From positions 2,272,001-2,336,000 of the forward strand of contig OZ245011.1 of the NCBI GenBank assembly GCA_965223665.1: DNA of 64,000 nt, read 5' to 3'. Made by a program: the position numbers and the translations under genes. Positions 48,460-58,836 of the stretch are shown here, one piece after another. Source of the DNA: Nitrospinaceae bacterium. Its GTDB lineage: Bacteria; Nitrospinota; Nitrospinia; Nitrospinales; Nitrospinaceae. The notes under the pieces were generated by a model. It was not told the DNA's origin, searched no databases, and saw nothing but the letters and a program-made list of their open reading frames with translations. Every line of letters starts with the position of its first letter. Position 1 is the first letter of the stretch.

Positions 48460-48792
48460 ATTTTGACTCGACATTCGAGTTTAAATCTGTCACATGATTT
48501 GGCTCGGAACCATATTCGGCGGCGCACTTACCAAAACCTGTACCTGGCCTTTACTCACCACGCCAGTAAAATGCATATTTCGAAAGCATCACTCGTCTGC
48601 CTGACCAAATCCCGAACACGTTCAGCAATCTCTCCCATATCACTTTGTATAGGTATTTGGTCATTCACACGAACTGGTACTCAATCTGGCTCAACGTATT
48701 ACCGCTAAATTGGTACTCCATCAATCCCCTCCGTATATTACCCGGGGACTCAGTCTCGCAGTTAAAGCTGACCGGCTGAAGTGGCTTAAATC
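48460..48792 (-). pseudogene. tnpA: Degraded IS200/IS605-family tnpA with remnant left-end hairpin
   Basis: Minus strand from ATG 48721 (GGAGG RBS): MEYQFSGNTLSQIEYQFV*MTKYLYKV/GEIAERVRDLVRQTSDAFEICIL/GVVSKGQVQVLVSAPPNMVPSQIM*QI*, with frameshifts and stops; TAAAGCTGACCGGCTGAAGTGGCTTAAA at about 48763-48790 resembles IS200 end sequences. Confidence 0.85.
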
Positions 48793-48912
48793 GTAGGAAG
48801 GACAATTAAAAGATGTATTTTTTAAGGAGTTTCTAATCAGAGTATTTTTCATTGCATTGCAACATACACCAACACATTAACCATTGATATTAAATTGTAA
48901 AAATACTCGTTT

Positions 48913-48930
48913 ACCATCGAGTGGGAATAG
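48913..48930 (+). repeat. Duplicated guaA 3' end (att site)
   Basis: 14/18 nt identical to 45791-45808; all differences are synonymous or a stop-codon swap. Confidence 0.85.
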
Positions 48931-49063
48931 AATTTTTTTTAAGCTTTTAAACTACCTTAGGTCGTATTCTTAAATCAAATTTGAAACTTGTAAAAAAATA
49001 ATTTAAAAAATTTCATCCCGCCTATTTTTTATTTTTTAAAATTCGGTTAAAATCTCTCTCTGT

Positions 49064-49723
49064 ATGAAAACTTTTGAAAAAACTTTAATTACCCTTTTTT
49101 TCCTAACCATCATCAATTCAAATGCTTTTGGCGGGCCTATGGTAGATATCCCAGCAGGGCCGTTTACTATGGGTAATGATCAAGACTCTCAAGCGACTAA
49201 AGAAGGAAGATTGTTTCTGGATGCTTACTCCATTGATAAATATGAAATTCGTAACAAGGAGTATAAGCAAGTTTATCCGGATCATGAGTTTCTTAGCAGT
49301 AGAGGTCGTTTCCCGGCAGTTCGAATAACCTGGCAAGAAGCCAAAGAGTATTGTGAGAAACTAGGAAAACGTCTTCCCACTGAAGCTGAATGGGAAAAAG
49401 CAGCTCGTGGGGAAAAAGGCCAATTATATCCATGGGGCAATAAACGGAAACGGAATCCCCCTAAGCCATTTTATTCGGGTTTAGCCCCTAAAGGAAAAAG
49501 AGGTTCAAGCTTAATTGATTCCTCTCCCTATGGAGTAAGAGATATGGCAGGGTCTGTCTGGGAATGGACGGCCGACGACTATGGCGATAAAAAAGTAATC
49601 CGCGGTGGATTATGGAACTTACACCTAGATTTTGAATGGAGTAAAACTTATGAACGCGCATTTATTCCTCCTGAAGAAAAACTTTCCTTTCTAGGTTTCC
49701 GATGCGTTCTCCCCAAAAAATAA
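49064..49723 (+). CDS. Exported FGE-sulfatase (SUMF1) domain protein
   Basis: IPAGPFTMG, RLPTEAEWEKAARG, DMAGSVWEW, RGG, LGFRC. Confidence 0.9.
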   Translation: MKTFEKTLITLFFLTIINSNAFGGPMVDIPAGPFTMGNDQDSQATKEGRLFLDAYSIDKYEIRNKEYKQVYPDHEFLSSRGRFPAVRITWQEAKEYCEKLGKRLPTEAEWEKAARGEKGQLYPWGNKRKRNPPKPFYSGLAPKGKRGSSLIDSSPYGVRDMAGSVWEWTADDYGDKKVIRGGLWNLHLDFEWSKTYERAFIPPEEKLSFLGFRCVLPKK

Positions 49724-50445
49724 ACCGTCGCTTTTTTTTAAGTAGAACCTGGACCGCATTTCTTTCCTTTTTATTTACATGGTTTTTTTTCCCAAAAAAG
49801 TCACTTGCCAAAGATAAGGATTATTTCACCGGAACTGAATACGTTGGCAAAAACCGGACTGAAAAATTTAAACATTTTTACATAAATTATTGGAAACCCT
49901 TTCTCCGAATTCAACCCAAAAATTGGCGACTTCGGGTTGACGGCCTATGTTCCACTCCCCAGATATTTGATATTAAGCAAATTTATTCTTTTTCTAAAGA
50001 TTCTCAAGATTCTAGAATGAAATGCGTGGAATGTTGGTCCGCTCGTGCAGAATGGGCTGGGTTTCGTTTTCAACAGCTAGAAAAGATTTGTCCTCCTCTT
50101 CCAAATGCCGTGGGAGTTTTGTTTCATTGTGAAGATGAATACCAGGAATATTTAACATTGGAGGAACTAAGGCACCCGAGGACCCTTATTGCAACTCACA
50201 TGAACGGAAAACCTTTGTCTGATGAGCATGGTTTTCCTATACGAGTTATCATTCCTTTTAAATATGGATATAAAAATCCCAAAGCTATTCACAAAATGGA
50301 ATATGTTTCCAACTTAACTTATGGAACTTGGAGTCGAATAGGGTCTTATTCAACGGATGGCACCATTCTTCCAGGATATGATCATCCGCTTGAATTAAGG
50401 AAAAAACGACATCGGATTTCTGGAGGGGAAATAACCGATTATTAA
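49702..50445 (+). CDS. Tat-exported molybdopterin oxidoreductase, sulfite oxidase/MsrP(YedY)-like
   Basis: INRRFFL Tat motif; WRLRVDGL, KCVECWS, HGFPIRVIIPFKYGYKNPK. Confidence 0.85.
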   Translation: MRSPQKINRRFFLSRTWTAFLSFLFTWFFFPKKSLAKDKDYFTGTEYVGKNRTEKFKHFYINYWKPFLRIQPKNWRLRVDGLCSTPQIFDIKQIYSFSKDSQDSRMKCVECWSARAEWAGFRFQQLEKICPPLPNAVGVLFHCEDEYQEYLTLEELRHPRTLIATHMNGKPLSDEHGFPIRVIIPFKYGYKNPKAIHKMEYVSNLTYGTWSRIGSYSTDGTILPGYDHPLELRKKRHRISGGEITDY

Positions 50446-50645
50446 AGAAACCATTAAAAAAAATTGATAATTAATTTTAAACGAATCAACACACCAATAT
50501 TTCCTCAATAAAGATATGAGAACACCAGCCTAAATATCGAAACTCCTGTTTCAAAAAAAATTGCTCTTGACCCATTCTCCCTGAAATGGTACTAAATTGC
50601 CTTTTAAACTCAATATTTTGGAAATAATTTTGTATTTTTGGAGAA

Positions 50646-50855
50646 GTGATAATGGAAGTAAATACAATAAAAGTTGAAATCCGTAAGCATCATGTGACCC
50701 CTGGAATCAATGTACTAGATTTGGTGATTGATGCAAATGGTGAAAAAGTCGTCAAACAAACCCAACATAAGGATACGGATCGAGCATTTAAAAAGTTTGT
50801 AGAGGATATAACGAAAGTAGCTAAGGATTTAGCTAACGCAAGAATAGAAGGTTAA
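50646..50855 (+). CDS. Small hypothetical protein
   Basis: 69-aa ORF with GGAG RBS and an upstream TTGACC..TACTAA-like promoter. Confidence 0.7.
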   Translation: MIMEVNTIKVEIRKHHVTPGINVLDLVIDANGEKVVKQTQHKDTDRAFKKFVEDITKVAKDLANARIEG

Positions 50856-50958
50856 GAAAATTTTTTTGACAATTTTCTAAAAAACCCATTGCTTACTTAA
50901 TTCGACGAATTAGGGAAGTGTTAAATAGAGTGAAGGGTATTTAGTCGTCAGCATTTCT

Positions 50959-52008
50959 TCAAGCTCTTTGTATGCTCATTTTTTTTAATTTTTCTACTAA
51001 CGTAGTGCGATTTAATCCCAACAGACCTGCGGCTCTATTTTTTACCCAATTGGTTTTTTCAAGTGCTTCCAAGATTAAATCTTTCTCAAAATTTTCCACC
51101 ATTTTTTTTAGGTTTACTCCCTCTTCAGGGATTCCCAAGGGTGAGCGGCTCATAGAATTGTATAAAAATTCAACGGGTGTCTCTTCAGGTTTGGATTCTT
51201 CAAGTGGCTCCCAATTATTTTTTCCATTATCTCCCAACACCTTCTCTGGTAAATCTCTCGGTGTCAAAACACAATTGTTGCTCAAAACCACCATACGTTC
51301 TATAAAGTTTGCCAATTCACGTATATTTCCAGGCCAATGATAATTACAAAAAATCTCCATAGCTGCATCATTTAAACCAGTAACTGTTTTTCCTTTAGTT
51401 TCATTGAAATATTTTAAAAAATGGCGAACCAGGTAAGGAATATCAGATTTTCTTTCTCTTAATGGAGGAATAGTGATAGGAATAACATTTAATCGATAAA
51501 AAAGATCCTCTCGAAACTTACCGGCTTGAATAGCCTCCTCAAGATTGCAATGAGTCGCCGCAATAACTCTAACATTTATATTGATGGGCTTAGTGCCACC
51601 TACTCGGTCAATTTCATTTTCCGCCAAGACTCTTAATAACTTCACTTGTAATGAGAGCGGCATATCTCCAATTTCATCTAAAAAAACCGTCCCCTTGTTG
51701 GCTAGTTCAAAACGCCCTACCCTTGCTTGATTCGCTCCGGTAAAGGCTCCTTTTTCGTGACCAAAAAGCTCGCTTTCTAATAGTTCTGTGGGGATAGCTC
51801 CACAATTGACAGGCATAAATACTTCGTTCATACGGTGGCAATTGTGATGAAGAGCTCTTGCGACTAATTCCTTACCTGTTCCACTTTCCCCTGTAATGAG
51901 AACAGTGCTGTCTGAGTTAGCAGCCTTTTGAATGAGCTCAAAAACTTCTTGAATAGCGGGGCTACTTCCAATCAATTCGTAGGTGTCACTTTGCAATTTG
52001 ATTCCCAT
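50959..52008 (-). CDS. Sigma54 enhancer-binding protein lacking an N-terminal sensory domain
   Basis: AAA+ domain starts at residue ~11 (LIGSS), [17 protein letters not shown] ([18 protein letters not shown]). Confidence 0.9.
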   Translation of the reverse strand: MGIKLQSDTYELIGSSPAIQEVFELIQKAANSDSTVLITGESGTGKELVARALHHNCHRMNEVFMPVNCGAIPTELLESELFGHEKGAFTGANQARVGRFELANKGTVFLDEIGDMPLSLQVKLLRVLAENEIDRVGGTKPININVRVIAATHCNLEEAIQAGKFREDLFYRLNVIPITIPPLRERKSDIPYLVRHFLKYFNETKGKTVTGLNDAAMEIFCNYHWPGNIRELANFIERMVVLSNNCVLTPRDLPEKVLGDNGKNNWEPLEESKPEETPVEFLYNSMSRSPLGIPEEGVNLKKMVENFEKDLILEALEKTNWVKNRAAGLLGLNRTTLVEKLKKMSIQRA

Positions 52009-52126
52009 ATGAAATTTAGTTTAAGGGGAGAAATAGCGTGTGTCAAAAAAATGTATGCATAAATATTTGAAAAATATGAAGAAATATCGGAAGCGATAAT
52101 ATTATGACGGCCAAAATCAGAGAAAT

Positions 52127-53503
52127 TTACTTTCCAATACAAAAATCATCAAAAATTTGGTCTAGCATATCGTCTAAAAAGGATTTGCCCAATATCCCGC
52201 CCAATTGTTCTAAAGCAATATTCAAATCGACAGCAATCAAATCTTCTGATAAATCGGCTAATAAAGATTCTCCAACACGGTTCAGAGCCTGATAGGTTTG
52301 GGACAACGCCTCACGATGCCTTTCTCGAGTAATGACATAGTCCTCACTACATTTTTGTCCCTCTAAAACTTTTTTATAAATAGCATCTAGAAGAACTTCT
52401 ATTCCGGTCTCATTAGTTGTCGAAATTTGAAAGCATTGGTTCTCATTTAAACGTTTAAGAACATCATCTATTGCAATTTTTTTTGGGAGATCTATTTTGT
52501 TAATAATAATTATTTTTTCCCTCAAACCGACCTCTTGAATTAACATCTCGTCGTTAGCGTCCAATGGTTGTGATCCATCGAATACCACTAAAGCTAAGTC
52601 CGCTTGTCCAAGAGATTTTCGAGCGCGGGAAATTCCTTCTTCTTCTATGGCATCAGGAGCATGCCTTAAACCAGCTGTGTCCACAATGTTGATATGAATA
52701 TCTTTGATACGAACTCGCTCTTGAATAACGTCTCTAGTGGTTCCAGGAATGTTGGTGACAATGGATCTATCCTCCTGAAGCAAAGTATTTAGCAAACTAG
52801 ATTTGCCCACATTTGGCTTACCCACAATCGCAACCTTGATTCCTTCCCTATAAATTTTTCCCTGCTTGAAAGATTCAATTAATTCGAAAATTTGTTGTTG
52901 AACTGAACAAACTTTTTTCTCCATTTCCTTTTTTATATGAAATTCCAACCCATCTTCAGGGAAATCAATAGCAGCCTCCAAATGCGTTAATATTCCTATT
53001 AGTTGGTCATATAAGTTATTAAGTTTTTGTGAGAATTTTCCTTGAAGCTGAAATAAAGCTGACTTTAACGCCTTTTCAGAAGCAGCATGAATGACATCGG
53101 CCACCGCTTCAGCCTGCATTAAATCTAAACGTCCGTTTAAAAAAGCTCTTTTTGTAAACTCACCAGGCTTGGCCAAAACGGCACCTTGATCCAACACCAA
53201 CTGCAGAATTTTTGAAGAAACCAAAGTTCCCCCATGACAGCTGATTTCAATTACATCCTCGCAGGTATAGCTATTGGGTGCTTTAAAAAAAGTTAAAAGG
53301 ACCTCGTCCAAAGTGTTTCTTGTTTGAGGATCCACAATTTCTCCTAAACAAACTTTCAAAGGTTTAAGAAAATCAATATCCTTTAAAACTTTAGAATGAA
53401 AAATTTTTTGGACAATGGGCAAACAATCAGGTCCGCTCATGCGAACAATATTGATTCCCCCTTCGCCTATCGGAGTGGCTATTGCAGCAATGGTTTCGAT
53501 CAT
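52127..53503 (-). CDS. mnmE: tRNA modification GTPase
   Basis: TIAAIATP, GEFTKRAFLNG, GKPNVGKSS, GTTRD, DTAG, FCIGK. Confidence 0.97.
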   Translation of the reverse strand: MIETIAAIATPIGEGGINIVRMSGPDCLPIVQKIFHSKVLKDIDFLKPLKVCLGEIVDPQTRNTLDEVLLTFFKAPNSYTCEDVIEISCHGGTLVSSKILQLVLDQGAVLAKPGEFTKRAFLNGRLDLMQAEAVADVIHAASEKALKSALFQLQGKFSQKLNNLYDQLIGILTHLEAAIDFPEDGLEFHIKKEMEKKVCSVQQQIFELIESFKQGKIYREGIKVAIVGKPNVGKSSLLNTLLQEDRSIVTNIPGTTRDVIQERVRIKDIHINIVDTAGLRHAPDAIEEEGISRARKSLGQADLALVVFDGSQPLDANDEMLIQEVGLREKIIIINKIDLPKKIAIDDVLKRLNENQCFQISTTNETGIEVLLDAIYKKVLEGQKCSEDYVITRERHREALSQTYQALNRVGESLLADLSEDLIAVDLNIALEQLGGILGKSFLDDMLDQIFDDFCIGK

Positions 53504-53598
53504 AATTAAATCCTCAGATGGCCATTGTGCTTCAAGCTTTAATTTGGGTCAACCATTGAGTGTAATAGAGAAGGAAGTTAACCATTGATGTTCCAAAA

Positions 53599-55260
53599 TT
53601 AATCCTTTGCAATTCGGTAAATATAAAACTGTTGGGCAATGGTTAAAATATTGTTGACGGTCCAGTAAATTACTAACCCCGCTGGAAAGGTTACAAATAG
53701 AAAAGTAAAAACTACAGGCATGATTAAGAAAATCTTTTGTTGGACAGGGTCTGCAACAGTAGGTGTCATTTTTTGTTGAAGGTACATAGTTGCACCCATC
53801 AAGACAGGAGTAACATAATAAGGATCACTTTGAGAAAGATCCTGGATCCACAGCATAAAAGGAGCCCCCCGTAACTCAATGGAGAAAAATAGTGCATGGT
53901 ATAAAGAAATAAAAACAGGAATCTGTAAAAGCATTGGCAAACATCCGCCCAGGGGATTGACTTTGTGCTTTTTATACAGATCCATTAATTCCTGATTTAA
54001 CTTGGATCGGTCGTTTTTATTTCTTTCCTGAATTACTTTGACATAGGGCTGGATCTTTTGCATCCCTTTCATCGATTTAAAACTTTTGTGGGTCAAAGGG
54101 AACAATACTAATTTAATTAAGAATGTCAGGAAAATAATAGCCCAACCATAATTATGGGTAATACCGTAAAAGAAGTTTAGAGCCTTTAACATCGGCTTGA
54201 CTAAAAATGCAAATTTGTTACCTAACCAACCATAATCAATCAAGCGAAACAACTTGTGACCCAGGCTTTCCAAAATTTCCAGTTCTTTAGTTCCCACATA
54301 AAGATGATGCTTTGCAGAGGCCGCAGACTGCACTGACTCAAAATTTAAACCAACGTATACATTTTCACTTTTATCCTTCTTCACAACCGCAGACTTAATT
54401 CCACTTTCCGGAATTAATGCGGCGGCAAAATATTTATTTTGTAATGATGTCCACTCCAGATCCCCTTTGTGTACAATTTCTCCTGTAATATCATTTGGTG
54501 GATTTTCCTCACGTTCATTATTTACAAAAGTAGTTGGTCCTGTAAAAGCGATGAATTCAGCTTGCGAATTTCCAGATCCTCCTGCTAATCCTGGACCCCA
54601 TAAAACAGAAAACTGTAAATTCTCTTTAACCAAATTAGGAGCCTTAATTTCTGTCTCAATTCCAATTAAGCGGTTATCGTATTCAAATTTAAGTTTCCGT
54701 AATACTGTCAATCCTGAAGAATGCTTTAGCTTTAATACCAATTCCCCAGTAGTATTGGTTGGTGATAGTTCTAAAGAACTAACAGAAGGTTCATAATGAC
54801 CTTTTTGCAAAATACTATCTACTGCCAGATTTCCCGTTTCCAGAGCTAGAGGATATTTATTTTCCGGGGATTCTTTTATCAGGTTTAAAGGATTTCCCTC
54901 ATCATCTTTATATTTAGTCACTAAAACCTTTTTTAAAATACCTCCCTTAGTGGAAAAAACATAAACTCCCATTTTATTTTTTACTTCAATCAATTCTTCG
55001 CTATGTATCTCATCGGGAGAGTCCAGAGATAAACTTTCAATTTTAGATTGATCTATGGATTCTGTAGGCTCCCCTTTAGGTAAATCCTGGGTTAAATTGG
55101 TTTCTCCGGAATTCTGTTTGGATGGCACAACCTGATTTTTTTTACTTTGCTGAACTTGCGCTTGTTCTGAGGGAGGCCCTTGTGTTTTTGACAAAAAATA
55201 TCCCCAAAGCAAAAAAACCCCTAAAGAAAGCACAAAGGCTAATAGCGCTCTATTTTCCAA
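53599..55260 (-). CDS. yidC: Membrane protein insertase
   Basis: IDYGWL, NYGWAII, NPLGGCLPMLLQIPVF, AGLVIYW. Confidence 0.96.
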   Translation of the reverse strand: MENRALLAFVLSLGVFLLWGYFLSKTQGPPSEQAQVQQSKKNQVVPSKQNSGETNLTQDLPKGEPTESIDQSKIESLSLDSPDEIHSEELIEVKNKMGVYVFSTKGGILKKVLVTKYKDDEGNPLNLIKESPENKYPLALETGNLAVDSILQKGHYEPSVSSLELSPTNTTGELVLKLKHSSGLTVLRKLKFEYDNRLIGIETEIKAPNLVKENLQFSVLWGPGLAGGSGNSQAEFIAFTGPTTFVNNEREENPPNDITGEIVHKGDLEWTSLQNKYFAAALIPESGIKSAVVKKDKSENVYVGLNFESVQSAASAKHHLYVGTKELEILESLGHKLFRLIDYGWLGNKFAFLVKPMLKALNFFYGITHNYGWAIIFLTFLIKLVLFPLTHKSFKSMKGMQKIQPYVKVIQERNKNDRSKLNQELMDLYKKHKVNPLGGCLPMLLQIPVFISLYHALFFSIELRGAPFMLWIQDLSQSDPYYVTPVLMGATMYLQQKMTPTVADPVQQKIFLIMPVVFTFLFVTFPAGLVIYWTVNNILTIAQQFYIYRIAKD

Positions 55261-55278
55261 GTCAATTTCTCCGGCAAA

Positions 55279-55491
55279 TCATTTTAAAGGGTCACACCCT
55301 CCATTATGAAATGGGTGGCATTTTAATAAACGCAGGATGATTAAACTTCCAGCTTTAACAAGAGGGTAACGATCTAACGCTTGGTGAGAGTACTCTGAGC
55401 ACGTAGGGTAAAAACGGCAAGATGGAAAAAACATAGGAGAAATCCATCTTTGGTAAAATCGAATAAACTTTTTAAAAAATAATCGCAACAT
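55279..55491 (-). CDS. yidD: Membrane protein insertion efficiency factor
   Basis: YQRWISP, CRFYPTCSEY, KCHPF.GG.DP. Confidence 0.95.
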   Translation of the reverse strand: MLRLFFKKFIRFYQRWISPMFFPSCRFYPTCSEYSHQALDRYPLVKAGSLIILRLLKCHPFHNGGCDPLK

Positions 55492-55538
55492 TAATTATAG
55501 GTATTTCTTTCAAAGGAAGACTAAACAGCAAAAGGCAC

Positions 55539-55883
55539 TCACTTCAAGGAATTAAGAGCACTTCTTAGTTTTTCTTCGAGGACAGCAAAGGGAAGGTCGA
55601 CAAGTTTTTTACCAGAAATAATCACTAAATCTAAAGCAGGAGCGCCTAAGTTTTTATTACGGCGAAATATTTCTCGAATTCTCCTTTTGGCTCGATTTCT
55701 AACCACAGCATTACCGACTTTTTTTGAAGCTATGATTCCTAATCTTTTGTGTGGAAGACTGTTGGGCAAGTAAATAATAGTGCAAAGATTTTCAACTCTG
55801 CACTTTTGACCTTTAGCCATCACAATTTCAAATTGGGAACGCTTTAACAATCGCTCAATTTTGAGAAACGATTGAGGCTTCAT
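55539..55883 (-). CDS. rnpA: RNase P protein component
   Basis: RLGIIASKKVGNAVVRNRAKRRIRE. Confidence 0.95.
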   Translation of the reverse strand: MKPQSFLKIERLLKRSQFEIVMAKGQKCRVENLCTIIYLPNSLPHKRLGIIASKKVGNAVVRNRAKRRIREIFRRNKNLGAPALDLVIISGKKLVDLPFAVLEEKLRSALNSLK

Positions 55884-55892
55884 ACCTCCCCA

Positions 55893-56027
55893 TCAAACTG
55901 TCAGACGTTTTCGACCTTTTCGTCTTCGATTAGCTAAAACCTTCCTACCTCCCACAGTGGCTTTTCGAGCTCGGAATCCATGGGTTCGCTTTCTTCTTAA
56001 ATTTTTTGGCTGATATGTTCGTTTCAT
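55893..56027 (-). CDS. rpmH: 50S ribosomal protein L34
   Basis: Translated by hand: [44 protein letters not shown] (44 aa, below the ORF cutoff). Confidence 0.97.
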   Translation of the reverse strand: MKRTYQPKNLRRKRTHGFRARKATVGGRKVLANRRRKGRKRLTV

Positions 56028-56374
56028 TGGTTTTCGTAGTTACCCGTTAAGTTTGCTCAATACAATCTTTTGTTTTTAAAAAAGTTATAAAATTGAGGCG
56101 AGTGGTCAAAAAATTAGCCTAAAATTATTTCATTGGCGGCTTGGGTTGTCAAGCTTGAATTCATTATTAGATAATCTTTATATTTGGGTGGTTAAGAGAA
56201 TTTTGGTCCTTAAATAAGAAGAAAGGATTATTTAATTGTCTGAACCAACCATTAGATTTTTATTTACAAAGAATGAAAATCTGATAATCTATTAGCGTCT
56301 CTATTTAATTGGAATTAATAGAATTATTTCTCTTCTACAAGAAGAATTTACCCAAAAATATAAGGAACGGGGTT

Positions 56375-57454
56375 ATGGTGCGAACATTTAATCTTTTGGG
56401 ATTTGGCCTAATTTTATTTATAGGAAATTTGACGATTGTTTCACAATTAGAAGCGCTTTCATCTCAAAAAGAGGGATCAACTCAATCTTCGAAAAACGTC
56501 TTGATGGCTCAAGCCGACCCTTGGTTGGAAACATTAAATCCGCATCGTGGAACTGTCAGCGAAGATGATGAAGAAATTGATAATGATTCTAATGATTCTT
56601 CGGTTAATCCTTCCGAAACAAAAAAACGAAAAATTAAGGTTCATTATAAGAAAAAACCAAATCATGTAGTCACCTATAACCAATTCTTTGGGGCGGGGTC
56701 TGTAAGTGAAATAACCGAACCTTTAGGTACAATTATTGGAAATTTGGAGTACAGATCTTTTTCGAATGTAGAAACTCGAGTAGGAATGATTCCTTTCGAT
56801 TATGTTTACCTTGACATTGGTACCAACAAAAAACTTGAAGTAGGAGATCGTCTGGTTGTTTATTCCCAAAGAAGAGAAATCAATCATCCTTTAATGGATT
56901 TAAGTACTACAGAGAATTTTCATGAGGTGGATTTCCTGGATGGTCCCTACGACGGTGAATTTTCTTACGATTTGTTTGATCCTCAAGGAGAATATAAGGG
57001 AAATCAAACCGCCATTTTGGGACTAATCGAAATTACTGAATTGTCTACAAATATGTCCAAGGCCAAAGTGATCTATAACTACGATATTATACAAAAAGGT
57101 GATAAAGTTCGGCATTTCCCCCCAAACAGACCGCCTATGGTTTCTGCTTCTTACATGCCCCCACAAAAAGAACTTGAAGGTTATATTCTATCCAACAGAA
57201 TCAATCGATTAATGGCAGCTACTCATGATCTTGTTTTCATTGATATTGGTTCAAAGGATAATGTACAAAGAGGAGATAGATTCGAAGTTTACATATATCC
57301 ACAATCTGTTGATGCACGAGAAGGAACTGTTTTACCACATGTGATTGGGGAATTAATCGTTGTTTCAACCAAGCCTGAAACCGCAACTGCAAAAGTGGTA
57401 AAATCTACAAGTCCAATTGTTCCGGGCCAAAAAATTCGAAGTAAGCGATTCTAA
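56375..57454 (+). CDS. Exported protein with two FlgT-C-like beta domains
   Basis: Signal-like N-terminus; DYVYLDIG..KKLEVGDRL and DLVFIDIGSKDNVQRGDRF repeats. Confidence 0.65.
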   Translation: MVRTFNLLGFGLILFIGNLTIVSQLEALSSQKEGSTQSSKNVLMAQADPWLETLNPHRGTVSEDDEEIDNDSNDSSVNPSETKKRKIKVHYKKKPNHVVTYNQFFGAGSVSEITEPLGTIIGNLEYRSFSNVETRVGMIPFDYVYLDIGTNKKLEVGDRLVVYSQRREINHPLMDLSTTENFHEVDFLDGPYDGEFSYDLFDPQGEYKGNQTAILGLIEITELSTNMSKAKVIYNYDIIQKGDKVRHFPPNRPPMVSASYMPPQKELEGYILSNRINRLMAATHDLVFIDIGSKDNVQRGDRFEVYIYPQSVDAREGTVLPHVIGELIVVSTKPETATAKVVKSTSPIVPGQKIRSKRF

Positions 57455-57456
57455 TT

Positions 57457-58668
57457 TTATGTCCTGGTAATTCTTAGGAAACGTTTTTTACCCACCTTTA
57501 TAAGGTATTCTTGATCTCCTTGAATTTCCAAACTGTCATCAGTTACTTTTTCCCCATCAATAGATACAGCGCCCTGTTTGACCATTCTTTTAGCCTCAGA
57601 GGTACTACCACATATTTTGGCATCTGCTAACACCTTGCAAATCCAACGCCGCTCCGCTCCCCAGGATTCAATAGTAGGAATGTCTTTAGGTAGATTTTTA
57701 TTTTTAAAAACATTTTCAAACTCAGTTTCAGCTTGATCAGCTTTTTCCAAGTCATGATAACGTCCTACAATCTCTTTCGCTAATCTGACTTTCACTGTTT
57801 TTGGATTTAGCTTCCCTTCTTGGGTCTGGAGTTTTATTTGTTTTAATTCCTCCCCTGAAATTTCACTCAACAACTCAAAATATCGCCACATTAAATCATC
57901 AGAAATAGATAATAACTTTCCAAACATCTCATTTGGAGATTCTAAAACTCCAATACTATTACCTAAACTTTTACTCATCTTTTGAACCCCATCAGTGCCT
58001 TCTAACAACGGCATAGTGATGATTACCTGAGGAGGCAAACTGTAGGATCGCTGCAAATCTCTACCGACTAACAAGTTAAATTTTTGATCCGTTCCCCCAA
58101 GCTCAATATCTGATTTGATAGCTACAGAGTCATATCCCTGGATTAGCGGATAAAATAACTCATGCAAAGATACAGGTTGATTGTTAGCTAAACGTTTTTG
58201 GAAATCATCACGTTCTATCATCCTTGCTACAGTGTATTTTGCAGCTAAGTTGATCATATCGACTGAAGTAAATTTATTCATCCACTCACTGTTAAACATT
58301 ACCGTGGTCTTATTCGGATCGAGAACTTTATAAACCTGCTCCAAGTAGGTCTTGGCATTTCTATTCACATCCTCACGGGTTAAGCTTTTACGAGTTTCAG
58401 ATTTGCCTGTGGGATCTCCTATCATTCCGGTAAAATCCCCAACCAAAAATATAACCTCATGGCCTAATTCTTGAAATTGCTTCATTTTTTGCAGAAGAAC
58501 AGTGTGTCCCAAATGCAAATCCGGTGCGGTAGGATCAAAACCTGCTTTGACACGTAGGGGCTTATTGGTCTTTGTGGATTCTTCAAGAATCTTTGCTAAA
58601 TCCTCGTCATCAATGATTTCAACAGCACCTCTTTTTATTATTTCTATTTGATCGCTAACAGGTATCAT
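57457..58668 (-). CDS. tyrS: Tyrosine--tRNA ligase
   Basis: [27 protein letters not shown]-terminal S4 domain. Confidence 0.97.
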   Translation of the reverse strand: MIPVSDQIEIIKRGAVEIIDDEDLAKILEESTKTNKPLRVKAGFDPTAPDLHLGHTVLLQKMKQFQELGHEVIFLVGDFTGMIGDPTGKSETRKSLTREDVNRNAKTYLEQVYKVLDPNKTTVMFNSEWMNKFTSVDMINLAAKYTVARMIERDDFQKRLANNQPVSLHELFYPLIQGYDSVAIKSDIELGGTDQKFNLLVGRDLQRSYSLPPQVIITMPLLEGTDGVQKMSKSLGNSIGVLESPNEMFGKLLSISDDLMWRYFELLSEISGEELKQIKLQTQEGKLNPKTVKVRLAKEIVGRYHDLEKADQAETEFENVFKNKNLPKDIPTIESWGAERRWICKVLADAKICGSTSEAKRMVKQGAVSIDGEKVTDDSLEIQGDQEYLIKVGKKRFLRITRT

Positions 58669-58836
58669 AAGCGGGAATTAAAAAAATTAACGTTAATATT
58701 GCGGTAATTACCTATTTTTGTTAAAGAATGGGAAAGCTATCATACCCAAATAAAAACTGCAAATCGGTTGATTTGATAATAGTTTCGAATTTTAAAAAAT
58801 TGGAATCCTGAAAAAATAGATCTTTAAAGGATCAAC

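Larger units (their letters stand above)
45791..48930. mobile_element. Integrase-less genomic islet at the guaA 3' end
   Basis: Bounded by ACCATTGAATGGGAATGA (45791-45808) and ACCATCGAGTGGGAATAG (48913-48930), both encoding TIEWE*; contains a TIR-rSAM gene and an IS200 remnant. Confidence 0.85.

Noticed and set aside
48439-48708. 89-aa plus-strand ORF in the islet
   Set aside because: It is the antisense of the decayed IS200 tnpA.
52030-52112. Possible FleQ-like boxes (GTCAAAAAAATG, TTATGACG) upstream of the sigma54 activator
   Set aside because: Only half-site matches in AT-rich DNA; insufficient support.
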